In this document: one piece after another, positions 23,815-36,354 of the stretch
Position numbering within the stretch: position 1 is the stretch's first letter
Layout of the letters: each line of letters opens with the position of its first letter
Source of the DNA: Octopus sinensis
Lineage: Eukaryota
Direction of reading: 5' to 3'
DNA: 64,000 nt
Assembly: GCF_006345805.1 (NCBI RefSeq)
Contig: NC_042998.1
Coordinates: 203,856,001-203,920,000 of the forward strand
Program-made: the position numbers and the translations under genes
The notes under the pieces: generated by a model
What the model saw: only the letters and a program-made list of their open reading frames with translations
Databases searched by the model: none
What the model was told of the DNA's origin: nothing

Positions 23815-24192
23815 ATGGAAGCACTCCGTCGGTTACGACGACGAGGGTTCCGGTTGATCCGATCAACGGAACAGCTGCTCGTGAAATTAACGTGTAAGTG
23901 GCTGAGCACTCCACAGACACGTGTACCCTTACGTAGTTCTCGGGGATATTCACGTGACACGGAGAATGACAAGGCCGGCCCTTTGAAATACAGGTACAAC
24001 GAACAGGAAGTAAGAGGAGAGAAAGTTGTGGTGAAAGAGTACAGCAGGGATCACCACCATCCCCTGCCGGAGGAGCCTCGTGGCTTTTGTGTTTTCGCTC
24101 ATAAACACTCACAACGCCCGGTCTGGGAATCGACGCGGATTCCAATCCACGCACCGCGATTCCGCGGCCCTAACCACTGGGCCATTGCGCCC
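23815..24192 (-). mobile_element. Chimeric SINE (B head plus tail 2)
   Basis: As 18780-19160. Confidence 0.78.
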
Positions 24193-24379
24193 CACTGCAG
24201 CGTACATGTATATATGTATATACGCTTCAGCATGGCTACAGCCGTAGCGCTGAAACTTATAAACGGCAGAAGATACGTCTATGCGTAAATGCATACACGC
24301 TCTCGCTCATATTGTATATATGTATATATATATAAATATATATGTGTGTGCGTATGTATGTCTTGTTTATTCTTTAATT

Positions 24380-24677
24380 CTTTTACTCGCTTCAGTCATT
24401 TGGCTGCGGTCATGCTGGAGCACCGCCTTTAGTCGAACAAATCGACTCCAGGACTTATTCTTTGTAAGCCAAGCACTTATTTTATTGGTGGCTTTTGCCG
24501 AATCGCTCAGTTAGAGGACGTAAACACACCAACATCCGTTGTCAAGCGATGGTGGGGGACAGACACAGACACAACAAATACATACATACATTATACATAT
24601 ATATATATATATATACATACATACATACCACACCACACATATGTATGTATTTTTATGTATGTATATATATATATATC

Positions 24678-24711
<34 letters not shown>

Positions 24712-25310
24712 ATTATTATTATTGAATGGAAGAAATGGAGTTGAACGAATGTAATAGAATGTAATAAAAGGAATTCTGTACAATCTTCGTTCAACTCCAT
24801 TTCTTCCATTCACTAATTATATTAACACTTCAATTATCCGCACCAACGCACGGTTGACAACACGAAATGGTCTTATCTCAACCGTATTTTTCTGCGTGAT
24901 TTTTGCTACCCAGGTCGGTTGGTTAAACTTTGATAATCTGTAAAAAGAAATTTCATCTTTCATTTCAACAAATATCTGTATATATATATATATATACGAC
25001 GGGCTTCTTTCAGTTTCAATCCCTCAAATTCACTCACAAGGCTTTGGTCGGCCAGAGGCTATAGTAGAAGACACTTGCGCAAGGTGTCACGCAATGGGAC
25101 TGAACCCGGAACTATGTAGTTGCGAAGCAAGCTTCTGATATATATGTATGTATGTATATATGTATGTATGTATATATACGACGGGCTTCTTTCAGTTTCC
25201 ATCAACCAAATCCATTCACAAGGCTTTGGTTGCCCCGAGGTTACAGTAGAAGAGTTCGGAGCCATGTGGTTGGGAAGCAGGCTTCTTACCACACAGCCAC
25301 TCCTGCGCCA
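24380..25310 (-). mobile_element. SINE-A tail, insert, and two SINE-A heads
   Basis: Tail at 24380-24580, heads at 24995-25135 and 25180-25310. Confidence 0.7.
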
Positions 25311-26921
25311 ATGTATGTATCTATGTCTTTGATACAGTTTTGAGATTTGTCTTCTTATACGTGTGTTGTGTCGCTCGTTGCGGTTGTGTCCTTCTGTATA
25401 TTTGCGTCGATCAATACTTTTAGTTGCGAGTCTCTTTCTTTCTTTATTGAGAAAATGTTGTGTGCATCAGATTAGTAATAATGTGAACTTGTCCAAACAT
25501 TAATAATTAAACCTTTTCCTTTACAAAACATATCTCAACACCATCGGAGGCATTGATACGTTCAGGGGAAGCAGCTGCGAATTCTTTGGCAAGAATCTTA
25601 TGTTGATGAAGGAAAAGTTATTGCGAAATATTTGCAAATACGAAAGCTCACGTCTATCATATTCCAGTCTCACCCACCCCATGCACACACACACACACAT
25701 GCACACACACACACACACACACACATGCACACACACATGCACACACACACACACACACACAAATGCACACACACACACACACATGCACACACACACACAC
25801 ACACCCATGCACACACACACACACACACTCGATCTCTTCTTGTCATTAGTAAACAGTGTGTTTATGTGTAGGTGCATACATGTAAAAATTATACATGTAC
25901 GTATAAATGTATATATGTGTGTGTGTGTATAAATATACAAATACGTGTACTTAAAGCCAGATCCATACGTATCATATACTTAATTGTTTGTTTGTGTGTG
26001 TGTGTGTGTATGTGTGTGTGTATGTGTGTGTGTATGTGTGTGTATGTGTGTGTGTGTATGTGTGTGTATGTGTGTATGTGTGTGTATGTGTGTGTGTATA
26101 TATGGGTGTGTGTTTATGTGTGTGTATGTGTGTGTATATGTGTGTGTGTATGTGTGTGTATGTGTATGTATGTGTGTGTGTATGTGTGTGTATGTGTGTG
26201 TATGTGTGTGTGTGCATGTGTGTGTGTGTGTGTGTATAAATAAACAAATACGTGTACTTAAAGCCAGATCCATACGTATCATATACTTAATTGTTTGTTT
26301 GTGTGTGTGTGTGTGTGTGTGTAATTTTAAAAGTTACTGAATGGCGTCCTTGCATGAGTTGCTACTTAAGTTTCGTCTTTCCGCCTAATTAGGCATATGT
26401 AAACGATTCATTCAATATTTACCACACACACACAAACTCGCACACATACAAATGTTCACGCATATACACACACACACACACACATATATATATACATTAT
26501 ATTTCATACATATATCTACATACATACATACATGCATACATACGTACATACGTAAGTACAAATATGTATGCATGCATATAGGTATCTATGAGTGTTCACA
26601 TGCGTATGTATGTATAGAGTGACAGAGAGAAAGATGGGGAGAGAGAGAGAGAGATTATATACACTCTATTAAACATGTTGAAATAAACACACGTTGAATA
26701 AAACACCACGTTTGAAATCGTAAGCAGATGCATGCCCATGCATTTAAGCTCACTTCAAATCCACGTAGTTCGGGGTTCGATTCCTTTGTACAGCTTCTTC
26801 TAGATATGTAGTTAAAGAAAGAAAAAATGGAGATAAGGAAGTTAATTATTTATTTATGCAACCATCCCTTCACGATGTTAACATATCCTCCAATTATATT
26901 ATATAGATCTATATATATATA

Positions 26922-26960
<39 letters not shown>

Positions 26961-27220
26961 CCTACATACATTACATGAAAACATACTACATGCATACATA
27001 CATACATACATACATACATACATACATGCATGCATACATGCATCCATGCATGCATGCATGCGTACATACATACATACATACATACATACACGCATACATA
27101 CATACATACATACATACATACATACATACATACATACATACATGTGTGTGTGTTAAATAAAATGAGACAACAAAGCCAAGGCTGTGCGGAATTTTCAGGG
27201 CAGTTATAAAGAGAAAGTTA

Positions 27221-27268
27221 GCCTTACAGCTGTTTCTGGGATATTAGGGATATCCCTTCATCAGAGAC
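27221..27268 (-). ncRNA. Type I hammerhead ribozyme motif, canonical and intact
   Basis: gucu CUGAUGA a GGGAUAU-cccua-AUAUCCC a GAAACAG CUGUA aggc. Palindromic ACAGCUGU. Confidence 0.75.
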
Positions 27269-27863
27269 AATGTGAGATGGTTAAATAGAGGGAAAGTATT
27301 AGAGCTCAATATAAGGAGTTATTTTGAAAAAAGGACGGAAATAAGAAGTATACAGGGAAATAGGAAAATGAATGTAGAAATAAAAATAAAAATGTATAAA
27401 GGTATTATAGTTGCAGTTTCATTATCCAAGGAAAGTGATGTGTAGAAGTGGTAGAAATGCTTCTTGTCCGTGGTTTGGGAAATTCCAATAGCAGTTCATA
27501 TTTTGTCATCGCAAATGGAAAGTGTAGAGACGTAGATTCCATGTGCTGTTCTTTCAAAGGGGTCTTATGGTGTGAATGAAAATTTGAGAATGTAGTGGTA
27601 GTATTAAGTAGATAGAGAGGAGAGAAAAGATGTGTACATACCGCAAACAGAAAGCATTTCTACCACTTCTCCACACCACTTTCCTTGGATAACGGAACTG
27701 CAGCTATAACATCCTACACATATTTTCATTACATACATACATATATATTTTTCTACTTTTGCTTTTATTCTCTATTTCCCTTTATACTTCTTATTTCCAT
27801 CCTTTCCAAAATAACTCCTTATATTGAACTCAACTATTTCCCTCTATTTAACCATCTCACATC

Positions 27864-27909
27864 GTCTCTGATGAAGGGATATCCCTAATCCCAGAAACAG
27901 CTATAAGAC
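27864..27909 (+). ncRNA. Type I hammerhead motif, stem III point mutant
   Basis: gucu CUGAUGA agggauaucccuaauccc a GAAACAG CUAUA agac. Confidence 0.62.
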
Positions 27910-28212
27910 TAACTTTCTCGCTATAAATATCCCGAAAACTCCACACAGCCTTGGCTTTGTTCTCTCATTTTATCTAACATATAGATGCTCATACAAGACC
28001 CACGTTAGTCTTTCTTAGTCGTATTATTATCGAACCGTGGGTTTAACTACGGTTCTTCCGTTGCACTTACATAGCGTTACCTGCCACCTTCTGGATACCA
28101 ATACCTCTTTATTAATCTGATATGTGACGACATACACACACACACTCTCTCTCTCACACACACCACACTCACACACACACAACACACACACAACACACAC
28201 ACCACCACACAA

Positions 28213-28244
<32 letters not shown>

Positions 28245-28444
28245 AAATTTTTTAAAATAAGGGTGAAAATTGAATATTAAATTTGATCCATATCAGTTTA
28301 AAACCAGTGGCGTAGCAGATTGAAAATCTGAAGATTAGAAAAATAAAAAGGGGTCTCTTCTAGCATAATGGATGTCACTTAGTGGTCATCCCTCTTATAT
28401 AAATAGTATCCATCCATCCATCATCCATCCATCCATACATACAT

Positions 28445-28476
<32 letters not shown>

Positions 28477-28854
28477 CTTACATGCATACATATATACATG
28501 TATACATACATACATACATATATACATGCATACGTACAAATGTAACAAGCACACATAATTTGCCACATAAACTGTGATGTAGACCGCATCTACCTAAAAC
28601 GAAAACAAGGCGGCAGAGGCTTAACATCCATCTAAATGCCTTTGAATGTTGCATGATATCCTTTCGGCAACATCTTTCAACCACCAAGTGTCGATAAGCA
28701 TCCCTTCACCAAGTTTGCACACATGAGGCTGATAACGTCATAAGACTTGGAAAGCAGCTCCCTGAGCAACGCTCTTTGTCTGATAGCCTACAATGCATGC
28801 CCAAAGGAGTCGCACGACTTCATCAGATGAGTCTATATCATCAGATGAGTCTTT

Positions 28855-29165
28855 TGGAAGCACTCCATCGGTTACGACGACGAGGGTTCCGGTTGATCCG
28901 ATCAACGGAACAGCCTGCTCGTGAAATTAACGTGTCAGTGGCTGAGCACTCCACAGACACGTGTACCCTTAACGCAGTTCTCGGGGATATTCATCGTGAC
29001 ACAGAGAGTGACAAGGCTGGCCCCTTTGAAATACAGGTACAACAGAAACAGGAAGTAAGAGTGAGAGAAAGATGTGGTGAAAGAGTACAGCAAGGATCGC
29101 CACCACCCCCCGCCGGAGCCGCGTGGAGCTTTAGGTGTTTTCGCTCAATAAACACTCACAACGCT
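28855..29165 (-). mobile_element. Chimeric SINE (B head truncated, plus tail 2)
   Basis: As 18780-19160. Confidence 0.75.
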
Positions 29166-30164
29166 CGAGATGAGTCCATATGAGCAGAAGACTATGCATG
29201 GAATTATTAGTAGAAAGCTCCGTGAAAGCATCGATCACCAAAGCAGTTTATCACGGACGAACAACCGGTAGGTGTCAGTTATGATTAATCTGTTGGATAG
29301 TTCTATATAAGACAGCCATATCTGGAATAGTTTCATCGTTAGTCCACTAGCACGTTCCGTGTTGACCATAAATAGTAATAGCAACAACAATAACAGCAAC
29401 AATAATTGAGGGCAGTTTCAATAAGTCAACTCTTCCTGGCACAAGACTCGCTCATACAACATTTCCGGCTGCAACACTCCCTGACACGACACTTGCTCAT
29501 GCACCGCCCCATGACGTATCGATTCTTAATATTCAAGTACAGGATGGTGCAAAAACAATACAGAGAACACAAGAGATGATATTGTAACGTCAAAAGTAAT
29601 CTCCCTTTGTATTCTAAATAAGTAGAAAAAAATAAAACTGAAAACTGGATCCTGAATGGATTTCGACAGTAATTGTTCAGTTATTCAATCGCCTAACCTA
29701 CCTTCTCATTGAGCTGGGGGTTTACATTATAGCATACCTGCATACCTACAGAAAACAAACCACTAGATACCCTACCGTCTTACTGTCTATGTAATGTGTA
29801 AGATGTCTTGCAAACAACTTGCACATGCAAGTGCTACCAGTCAAAAACTCCGCATACCGGAAGCCAGCAAGTGTATGGGGTCGTCAGGAGAGAATGTGCG
29901 CCGTTTCGGGGCCTACCTCTCGGCGGCATCAATGCGCACCGCCCCCCCCCTCACTGATATAAGACCCCGCTTGCTAGATCAACTGGTTATCAAATAAAGC
30001 TCAATATTCTTCTAGCCATCGCTCATCGTCTCTTTTTAACCAAATCCAGTGGCTAGCCTTCTCCAGTTTGGATATCGGTCATGGATGCGTTTAGACTCTG
30101 TAATCTCTCTAGCACTGTATCTTAAGGATTCGACTTCTCCGAACTTCTTTCTTTAAGTCATTCG

Positions 30165-30455
30165 GCTCACGATCGGAAAGTTGTCAGTTCGACTCCCGGC
30201 GGCGCGTTGTGTCCTTGAGCAAGACACTTTATTCAACCCTCATTTCACTCTACTCAGCTGGCAAAAGAAATGAGTTGTACCTGTATTACAAAGGGCCAGC
30301 CTTGTCACATTTTCTGTCACGTGTAATCTTCCTCAGAACTACGGAAAGGTTACGCGAGTCTTTAAATTATCGTCAGTTTCACGAGCAGCAGGCTATTCCG
30401 TCGATCGAATCAACTGGAGCCCTCGTCATCGTCGCAACCGACGGAGGGCCAGTCA
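30165..30455 (+). mobile_element. SINE-D (second tRNA-like head plus tail 2)
   Basis: ggctcacgatcg...gttcgactcccgg...gtgtccttgagcaagacac...gtacctgtattacaaaggg...gacggag. Confidence 0.75.
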
Positions 30456-31671
30456 GTTGCAGAACACAAAACACGGGATATCCTACCGTCACACCACGTT
30501 GTTGCAATGCCTACATAATGTGCAAGAACAATACATTTAGACATTGTAATTTCACTAACAATGTAACTTAAGGAACAGTCCACTTCATACGTTTTCCTCC
30601 CGAACCACCGACGTCCACATAGAAATACACGCAGCTTTATACATATATGACAAAACACATCCCTACTTCAGCGTTCCTTCAACCCTTTGGCTTCTAAAAC
30701 GACAGACTTGAAGTAGCATCTACCTGAATCCACTTATCGAATGTCTACATACAACAGACAGTCGAGTAGTTTTGTGTAGGTGGACCGTGTGAATGTGTTC
30801 CCTATGTAGCCTAGAATGATAATGGTGGTGGTGGTGGTGGTAATGATGATGATGATGAAGCATATTTATCGATTAGTGCTGACCTGGGAGATTGCATAAC
30901 AACAGCAGCAGCAACAACAACAACACCAGTATACATGAGTTACAGCAATCAAGCAGCTTTTGGAAATTCCACTGGAGTTTATCTTTGCTAATTCAATTAC
31001 AAGAACTGATAATGAAAGGCCAAAACATTTCTCTAAAACGTTGATAAAATAAAATACAAAAAAAACATTGACCAATTCTGAGAAAAGTGGTATATTCCAT
31101 AACTTAACATTTTGTCTATTTGCAAATAGATTAAGGCCAGTATAATAGATACAGACAAAGCTCTACTTTTTATGATGGGTAGAACCAACTCTGAAACTAG
31201 GCTTTTGCTATCCTCTTTGTTAGTTAGAAGAGTAACTATGGCCTCTTGGACGCATACAATGCAATGGTGTTTCAATAACTAGGAAAGAATGGTCTATCTT
31301 CGTGTTTTATTTCTATAGGTACTGACAAGATTGGATAATTCCGCTGGATAATAGTAAGCGTGAATTTCTATGACGTTTCGGAAGAAGGTCCTTCTCCAGG
31401 ACTCGGTACAGACTGGAAGAGGGGAGGAAAAACAAGGAAAACTAAAAGAAATCTAAGAAATAAAATATAACAAAGAAAAACCAGATATGAATAATAAAGG
31501 GTGCAAGAAGAGTGCGTGCATTATGAGATATAAACTACCGAAACCAGGAGAATTTTTCTCAGTTGTTTGAAAATCTTTGTAATACGAAAATTTTGGATCA
31601 AACTGTTAATAAAGTAAATATTAACACTATGAATTTTTCTATAGTCTTACGATATATATATATATATATAT

Positions 31672-32170
31672 ACTAGCAGTATCGCCCGGCGTTGCTCGGG
31701 TTTGTAAGGGAAATAACTATATAAGCATTTTTAGAGAGTTACTTCCTTATAGATGCCAATTCGGGCTTTCTTAGCCTTTCTGTTTTGATGTCTTCAAGCC
31801 ATAAGTCGTTGTTCTAAAAGAACGCTGGTCTCCTTGAACACGCTTTACGACGTTGATTTCCTTACACTCCCTTCCCCACAGCTTCACGAGGGAGGGAAGA
31901 AGGAGGAGAAGCAACACAGGTGCATGTGTGACCATGGACGCCAACTCCACCGCCATCGACACACGAAAAAATATGCATTAAAATGGAATAAAAAATTATT
32001 TTTAAAATCGTAGACTCATCGTAGACGCGCGCTAATACCCAGACGGGCTCGATATGAATCACGACTATAAGATACCCGAATTTGGTTAAACTGCACCGCA
32101 AAATGTGGGAGTAGTTAGGAATCTAAATCGAAGGGGACAGACACTCACACAACTACAGTTTTATATATAT
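31672..32170 (+). mobile_element. HINE-like non-autonomous element (5' end shared with 15719)
   Basis: tactagcagtatcgcccggcgttgctcgggtttgt ... ggacagacac...ttttatatata, in (TA)n. Confidence 0.5.
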
Positions 32171-32256
32171 GAAAGTCTCCAGACAATGCATACTCAGAAA
32201 ATAACTCACATAGGTATAAGGGAAAAACAATGAAAGATCACATCCATATACGATAC

Positions 32257-32318
32257 CCGAGGACAGTCTGTTTCTGGATTTGTGGGTTTAAAACGCCACT
32301 TTTCCTTCATCAGCTCAG
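32257..32318 (-). ncRNA. Type I hammerhead ribozyme motif, canonical, extended stem II
   Basis: cugag CUGAUGA a GGA aaa GUGG-cguuuuaaac-CCAC aaa UCC a GAAACAG a CUGUC cucgg. Predicted cleavage between plus-strand positions 32262 and 32261. Confidence 0.78.
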
Positions 32319-32526
32319 AGATTTCTTCTGATTTAGATTTGAAAATACTAAGAATCAAACATACCCGTCCGATATCTGTAACATCGGACAACCATGCCAG
32401 ACACCCAGTACTAGCGAATCCAAAAATACGAATGAGATCTATTATTCTCCCTGTCCACCCACGTGAGTCATAGAGCATTACATTTCTACAGAGGTAAAAA
32501 CTGCAGTTCAAATTCTAGAGAGAAAG

Positions 32527-32954
32527 CATTATATTGTCATCAAAAAAGGGGTAGAATTAATTAATTGTTATAAATTCGACCAAGCAGTATTCGGTATGTA
32601 AAGACCATTACGGTATATTTGAAGTATTAATTTATAAAATATGGTAAAGTAAAAAAATTCACTTTACCACACACCGAACTTTTCAGAAATAGCAGCCAAA
32701 ATTTGGCTATTTCTTCACTGCAAATAAAAGTCTCCAGACAATGCATACTCAGAAAATAACTCACGAAATAGCCAAATTTTTGGCTGCTATTTCTGAAAAG
32801 TTCGGTGTGGGTAAAGTGAATTTTTTTACTTTACCATATTTTTATAAATTAATACTTCAATATACCGTAAATGGTCTTTACATACCGAATACTGCTTGGT
32901 CGAATTTATTAACAATTAATTAATTCTACCCCCTTTTTTGATGACAATATAATG
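32527..32954. repeat. Near-perfect inverted repeat, ~190-bp arms, 51-bp spacer
   Basis: 32527-32713 is the reverse complement of 32765-32954, differing almost only by homopolymer indels. Confidence 0.92.
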
Positions 32955-33120
32955 TTTTTATATATATATATATATATATATATAATAATATATATATATA
33001 TTATATATTTATATAATAGAAAGAGAGAGAGAACAAGTTATTTTATTCCATACGTGTTGAAATATAGAAAAGTTGAAATGCACTGAAAATAGTTAAAATT
33101 CTTTTTTTTTATTATATTTA

Positions 33121-33165
33121 AAGATTTTACCGGTTTCACAGTTTCCACCGATTTTCAAAAAGTTG
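33121..33165 (-). ncRNA. Hammerhead motif, U3-A8 core, short stem I
   Basis: uuu UUGAAAA u cggu-ggaa-acug u GAAAC CG GUA aaa. Confidence 0.52.
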
Positions 33166-33239
33166 AAATAGAAAGACATGGTTTATGTCACAACTGTGTT
33201 GCTTCTGACTAGCGTTTGAAGATTGTCTTATTTTTATAA

Positions 33240-33426
33240 ATGGAGAAGATATGATATTGCTGTGGACTCGCCCTAGGCAAAAAGTTAAAAAATTTTTTTC
33301 CGATGACACTCCTCGGACCCTAAGTAAGGCATGTGTAAAATTTGAATGAAATTGGTTGTGTAGTTCTCAAGTTTTAGGCACTGACACAGACAGACAGACA
33401 CACCATACACACACATTCTCAGTTTT

Positions 33427-33430
<4 letters not shown>
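33240..33430 (+). mobile_element. 3' end of another HINE-like element
   Basis: aaatttgaatgaaattggttgtgtagtt...acagacagacagacac...attctcagttttata. Confidence 0.4.
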
Positions 33431-33496
<66 letters not shown>

Positions 33497-33555
33497 ATAA
33501 ATTACAAAGAGGGTAGCAAAAGCTTAGTTTCAGAGCTGTTCTGCCCATCATATCA

Positions 33556-34740
33556 ACGAATGGCCCCCTCCTTGCCAACCTAGTCATACGATATCTAGAG
33601 ATCAGTCTGTATCGTAAGGTTCTAGAAAGATATGGCAGCCTTTCTCCATCTACATAGAGAAACAACTGGAAGAGATATCTAGATGACTGTTTCATTCTTT
33701 GGCATAAATAATAGAAAACTCATAGAATTCCAATAAATTTTAAACGGACTGGACGTAAACATCCAATTTACGATGGAATATAACCAGCAACAACTCCCCT
33801 TCCTCGATATCCTCATTAAGAAGCTAATAATGTAATAGAAACAGACATATATTATAAGCCTACAGATTCTAAGCAATATCTTCCATTCAATTCATGCCAC
33901 CCCGACCACCAGGATGAATATCCCCTTCAATCTAGCAAAAAGGATATGCACTATAGTCTCTAATGCAAACACCAGAGACACACGACTACAAGAACTAAAA
34001 GATACCCTTATCACCAGGAACTACCCACCTCACTTATTGACATGTGCATTCAACGTGCCCTTCAACTTAACATCAAGGAACTAAGACTCCCAAAAATCAA
34101 GATAACTTACGACCAAAAGCCTTACCATACATCTCTACACACAACCCTCTCAATAATGAAGCCTTCGGCACCATCCTCCACAACATACTCCTCCTAAAAA
34201 AGACCACAGAATAAACACAATCCTCCAAACACACACGATATCAAAAAGCAAGAGACAGCCTAAATCTATGAAAAGTCTCCTAACACAAGCCCGAATACAC
34301 TCTTCAACACAGAAGCCGACAGTAAAAAAATGTGGAAGACCCAATTGCGGGATATGCGATTATCTAATTGAGGGATCAGAGTTCTCCTTCAAACAGGGAC
34401 AACGGTTTACAGTGAAAAGCAACTTCACATGTGCTTCGGAGAACCTAATATACTCCTAACCTGCTCCGGGTGTCAAGAGCAGTACATAGGCCAAACAAAA
34501 AATAGTTTGCGTAAAAGAATGGCCCTGCACAGATCCCAGATAAAAATTCCCCAAAACAGAAAAATAGCTTTCAGCCAACACATAGATACTTGCGCCAACA
34601 ACAAAACACCAGCTTCAGGATTTCCCCCTCTACCAATTTAGGGACGATACAACCTCGAGACAACGAATAAGTAAGAAACTCTCTTTATTACAAAATACAG
34701 GCCACTTCTTAACGGGTCTACGACAAACGATTAATATACC
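33556..34740 (+). mobile_element. Penelope-like element, RT C-terminal half plus GIY-YIG, frameshifted
   Basis: PLLANL, RYLDDCFILW (33673-33702), LPFLDI, TDIYYKPTDSKQYL..SCHP, CGRPNCGIC, NLIY..CSGC..QYIGQT..LRKR..HRSQI. Confidence 0.92.
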
Positions 34741-34884
34741 TCAACTTTAGAATAAAAGAAATACACACGCAAATATTACATTCCAAAGAATCCATTACAA
34801 ATCAGCCCCAATCACAGCTATAATCCATAACGTGCCAACTTCAAGTCATACAACACCTCACTACTTTCACCCATTCATATTCTC

Positions 34885-35085
34885 CCTTCTCTTCTTTCTT
34901 CTTCTTCCACTTCTTCTTCCACTTCTTCTTCCTCTTCTTCTTCATCATCATCATTATCATCATCATCGTCGTCATCATCATCACCATCATCATCATCTTC
35001 TTCTTCTCGTTCTCCTTCTTCTTCATCATCCTCATCATCATCAACATCGTCATCTTCTTCTTCTTCTTCTTCTTCTTCTTCTCCA
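34885..35085. repeat. (CTT)n/(CAT)n microsatellite
   Basis: Directly visible. Confidence 0.95.
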
Positions 35086-35414
35086 CCTTCTATTTCTTAA
35101 CTTTATCACTAATGCCTTTTAGTATAACACCTACGCAAATTCCATAAACAAACCTTTCAATAGAAATATTCTCCTTAATTGAACTGCAACTGACCATTCA
35201 AAATACGACCATCAAAGCACTCCCAAATTTTTCCACCCCCTCTCCTCATCAACCTTCTTCTTCTACCCTACCAAGAATTCACAACGGCCTCGAACACACA
35301 AGTGCAAACAAGGGAGACAGAGAAAGGCAGAATGCCACTTATATTTGAACACTATACAAATATTCCTTTAAAAAAACTTTTCTTCTAATTTTTCTAAATT
35401 TAATTATTTAATCG

Positions 35415-35458
35415 TTACAGTTGAAAAGGTCTCAAAATGACCGAAACCGGTACTGAAA
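35415..35458 (+). ncRNA. Type I hammerhead motif, intact U3-A8 core, downstream of the PLE
   Basis: uuacag UUGAAAA GGUC-ucaaaau-GACC GAAAC CG GUA cugaaa. Confidence 0.7.
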
Positions 35459-35851
35459 TGTTCTTTATAAAATTATTTTAGCATTTTCTATTTTGACTTG
35501 TTTTTTCATATATATATATATATATATTATATATATAAGTATGTAAGTATGTAAGTATATTTGTAAGTATGTATATGTGTATATACACAACCACATATAT
35601 TTTTCGTTAAGTGTAGGACTCTGATTAAATTTTAGATCCTTCGTGCTTTTCATACTTTCTTTATCTTATTAACTTTTTACAGTCGGCTTCCAATAGGTTT
35701 CCTAGTTTTATACTTCTTTCAGGCAAACAGCTACATATTCTACACTGACTTTCAATATATATTTTGCAGATTCCGATTCTACTGGCTATTTTATCATTAT
35801 GTTTTAAAAAGATAACTTATTTGAATATTGAATATATGTATATATGTATAT

Positions 35852-35903
<52 letters not shown>

Positions 35904-36354
35904 TGTGTGTGTTTTGCTAACATATGTGTCTACATATGCTGCTGTGTATGCGTCTTTTCTAATTATTTCCATACACAAACATTGTTTAATGAGTTTCATT
36001 AGGCCCTTATCAAATTAATTAAACGGCGTTGAATTATCGGCACAGATATATCCTTAGGAATGTCTCCTTCAACAACGTGTCAATCCCCATCTTCCCCCCT
36101 CCCCTTAATCTACTATGCTCTCCTAACAGAACAACCGTGTGCTTGATAGTATGCAGGCAATGAGAACGTTAGACATGTTATCATCATCATCATCATCATC
36201 AACATCATCATTATCATCATCATCATTTTCTTCTTCTTCTCCTTCTCCTCCTCCTCCTTCTTCTTCTTCTTCTTCTTCTTCTTCTTCTTCTTCATCATCA
36301 TCATCATATTGTCATCACCATAATCATCATTATCATCATATTGTTTGAGAAGGA

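Larger units (their letters stand above)
27150..27985. mobile_element. PLE-type inverted pseudo-LTR fold-back (~320-bp arms, ~185-bp spacer)
   Basis: 27150-27465 is a diverged reverse complement of 27652-27985. Each arm carries a hammerhead. Confidence 0.78.

Noticed and set aside
25510-25670. Minus-strand exon-like frame ([20 protein letters not shown])
   Set aside because: Short, weak splice signals, no recognisable family.
31368-31405. Minus-strand CUGGAGA...GAAACGUC
   Set aside because: A6 is mutated and there is no stem I; counted only as a probable relic.
31770-31965. Helitron helicase remnant inside the HINE-like element
   Set aside because: Only a 5-residue resemblance (AISRC) to motif VI; not supportable.
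32206-32511. Minus-strand 101-aa ORF with plausible splice sites, as a host exon
   Set aside because: No recognisable homology, and its 3' part is better explained by a complete hammerhead fold.
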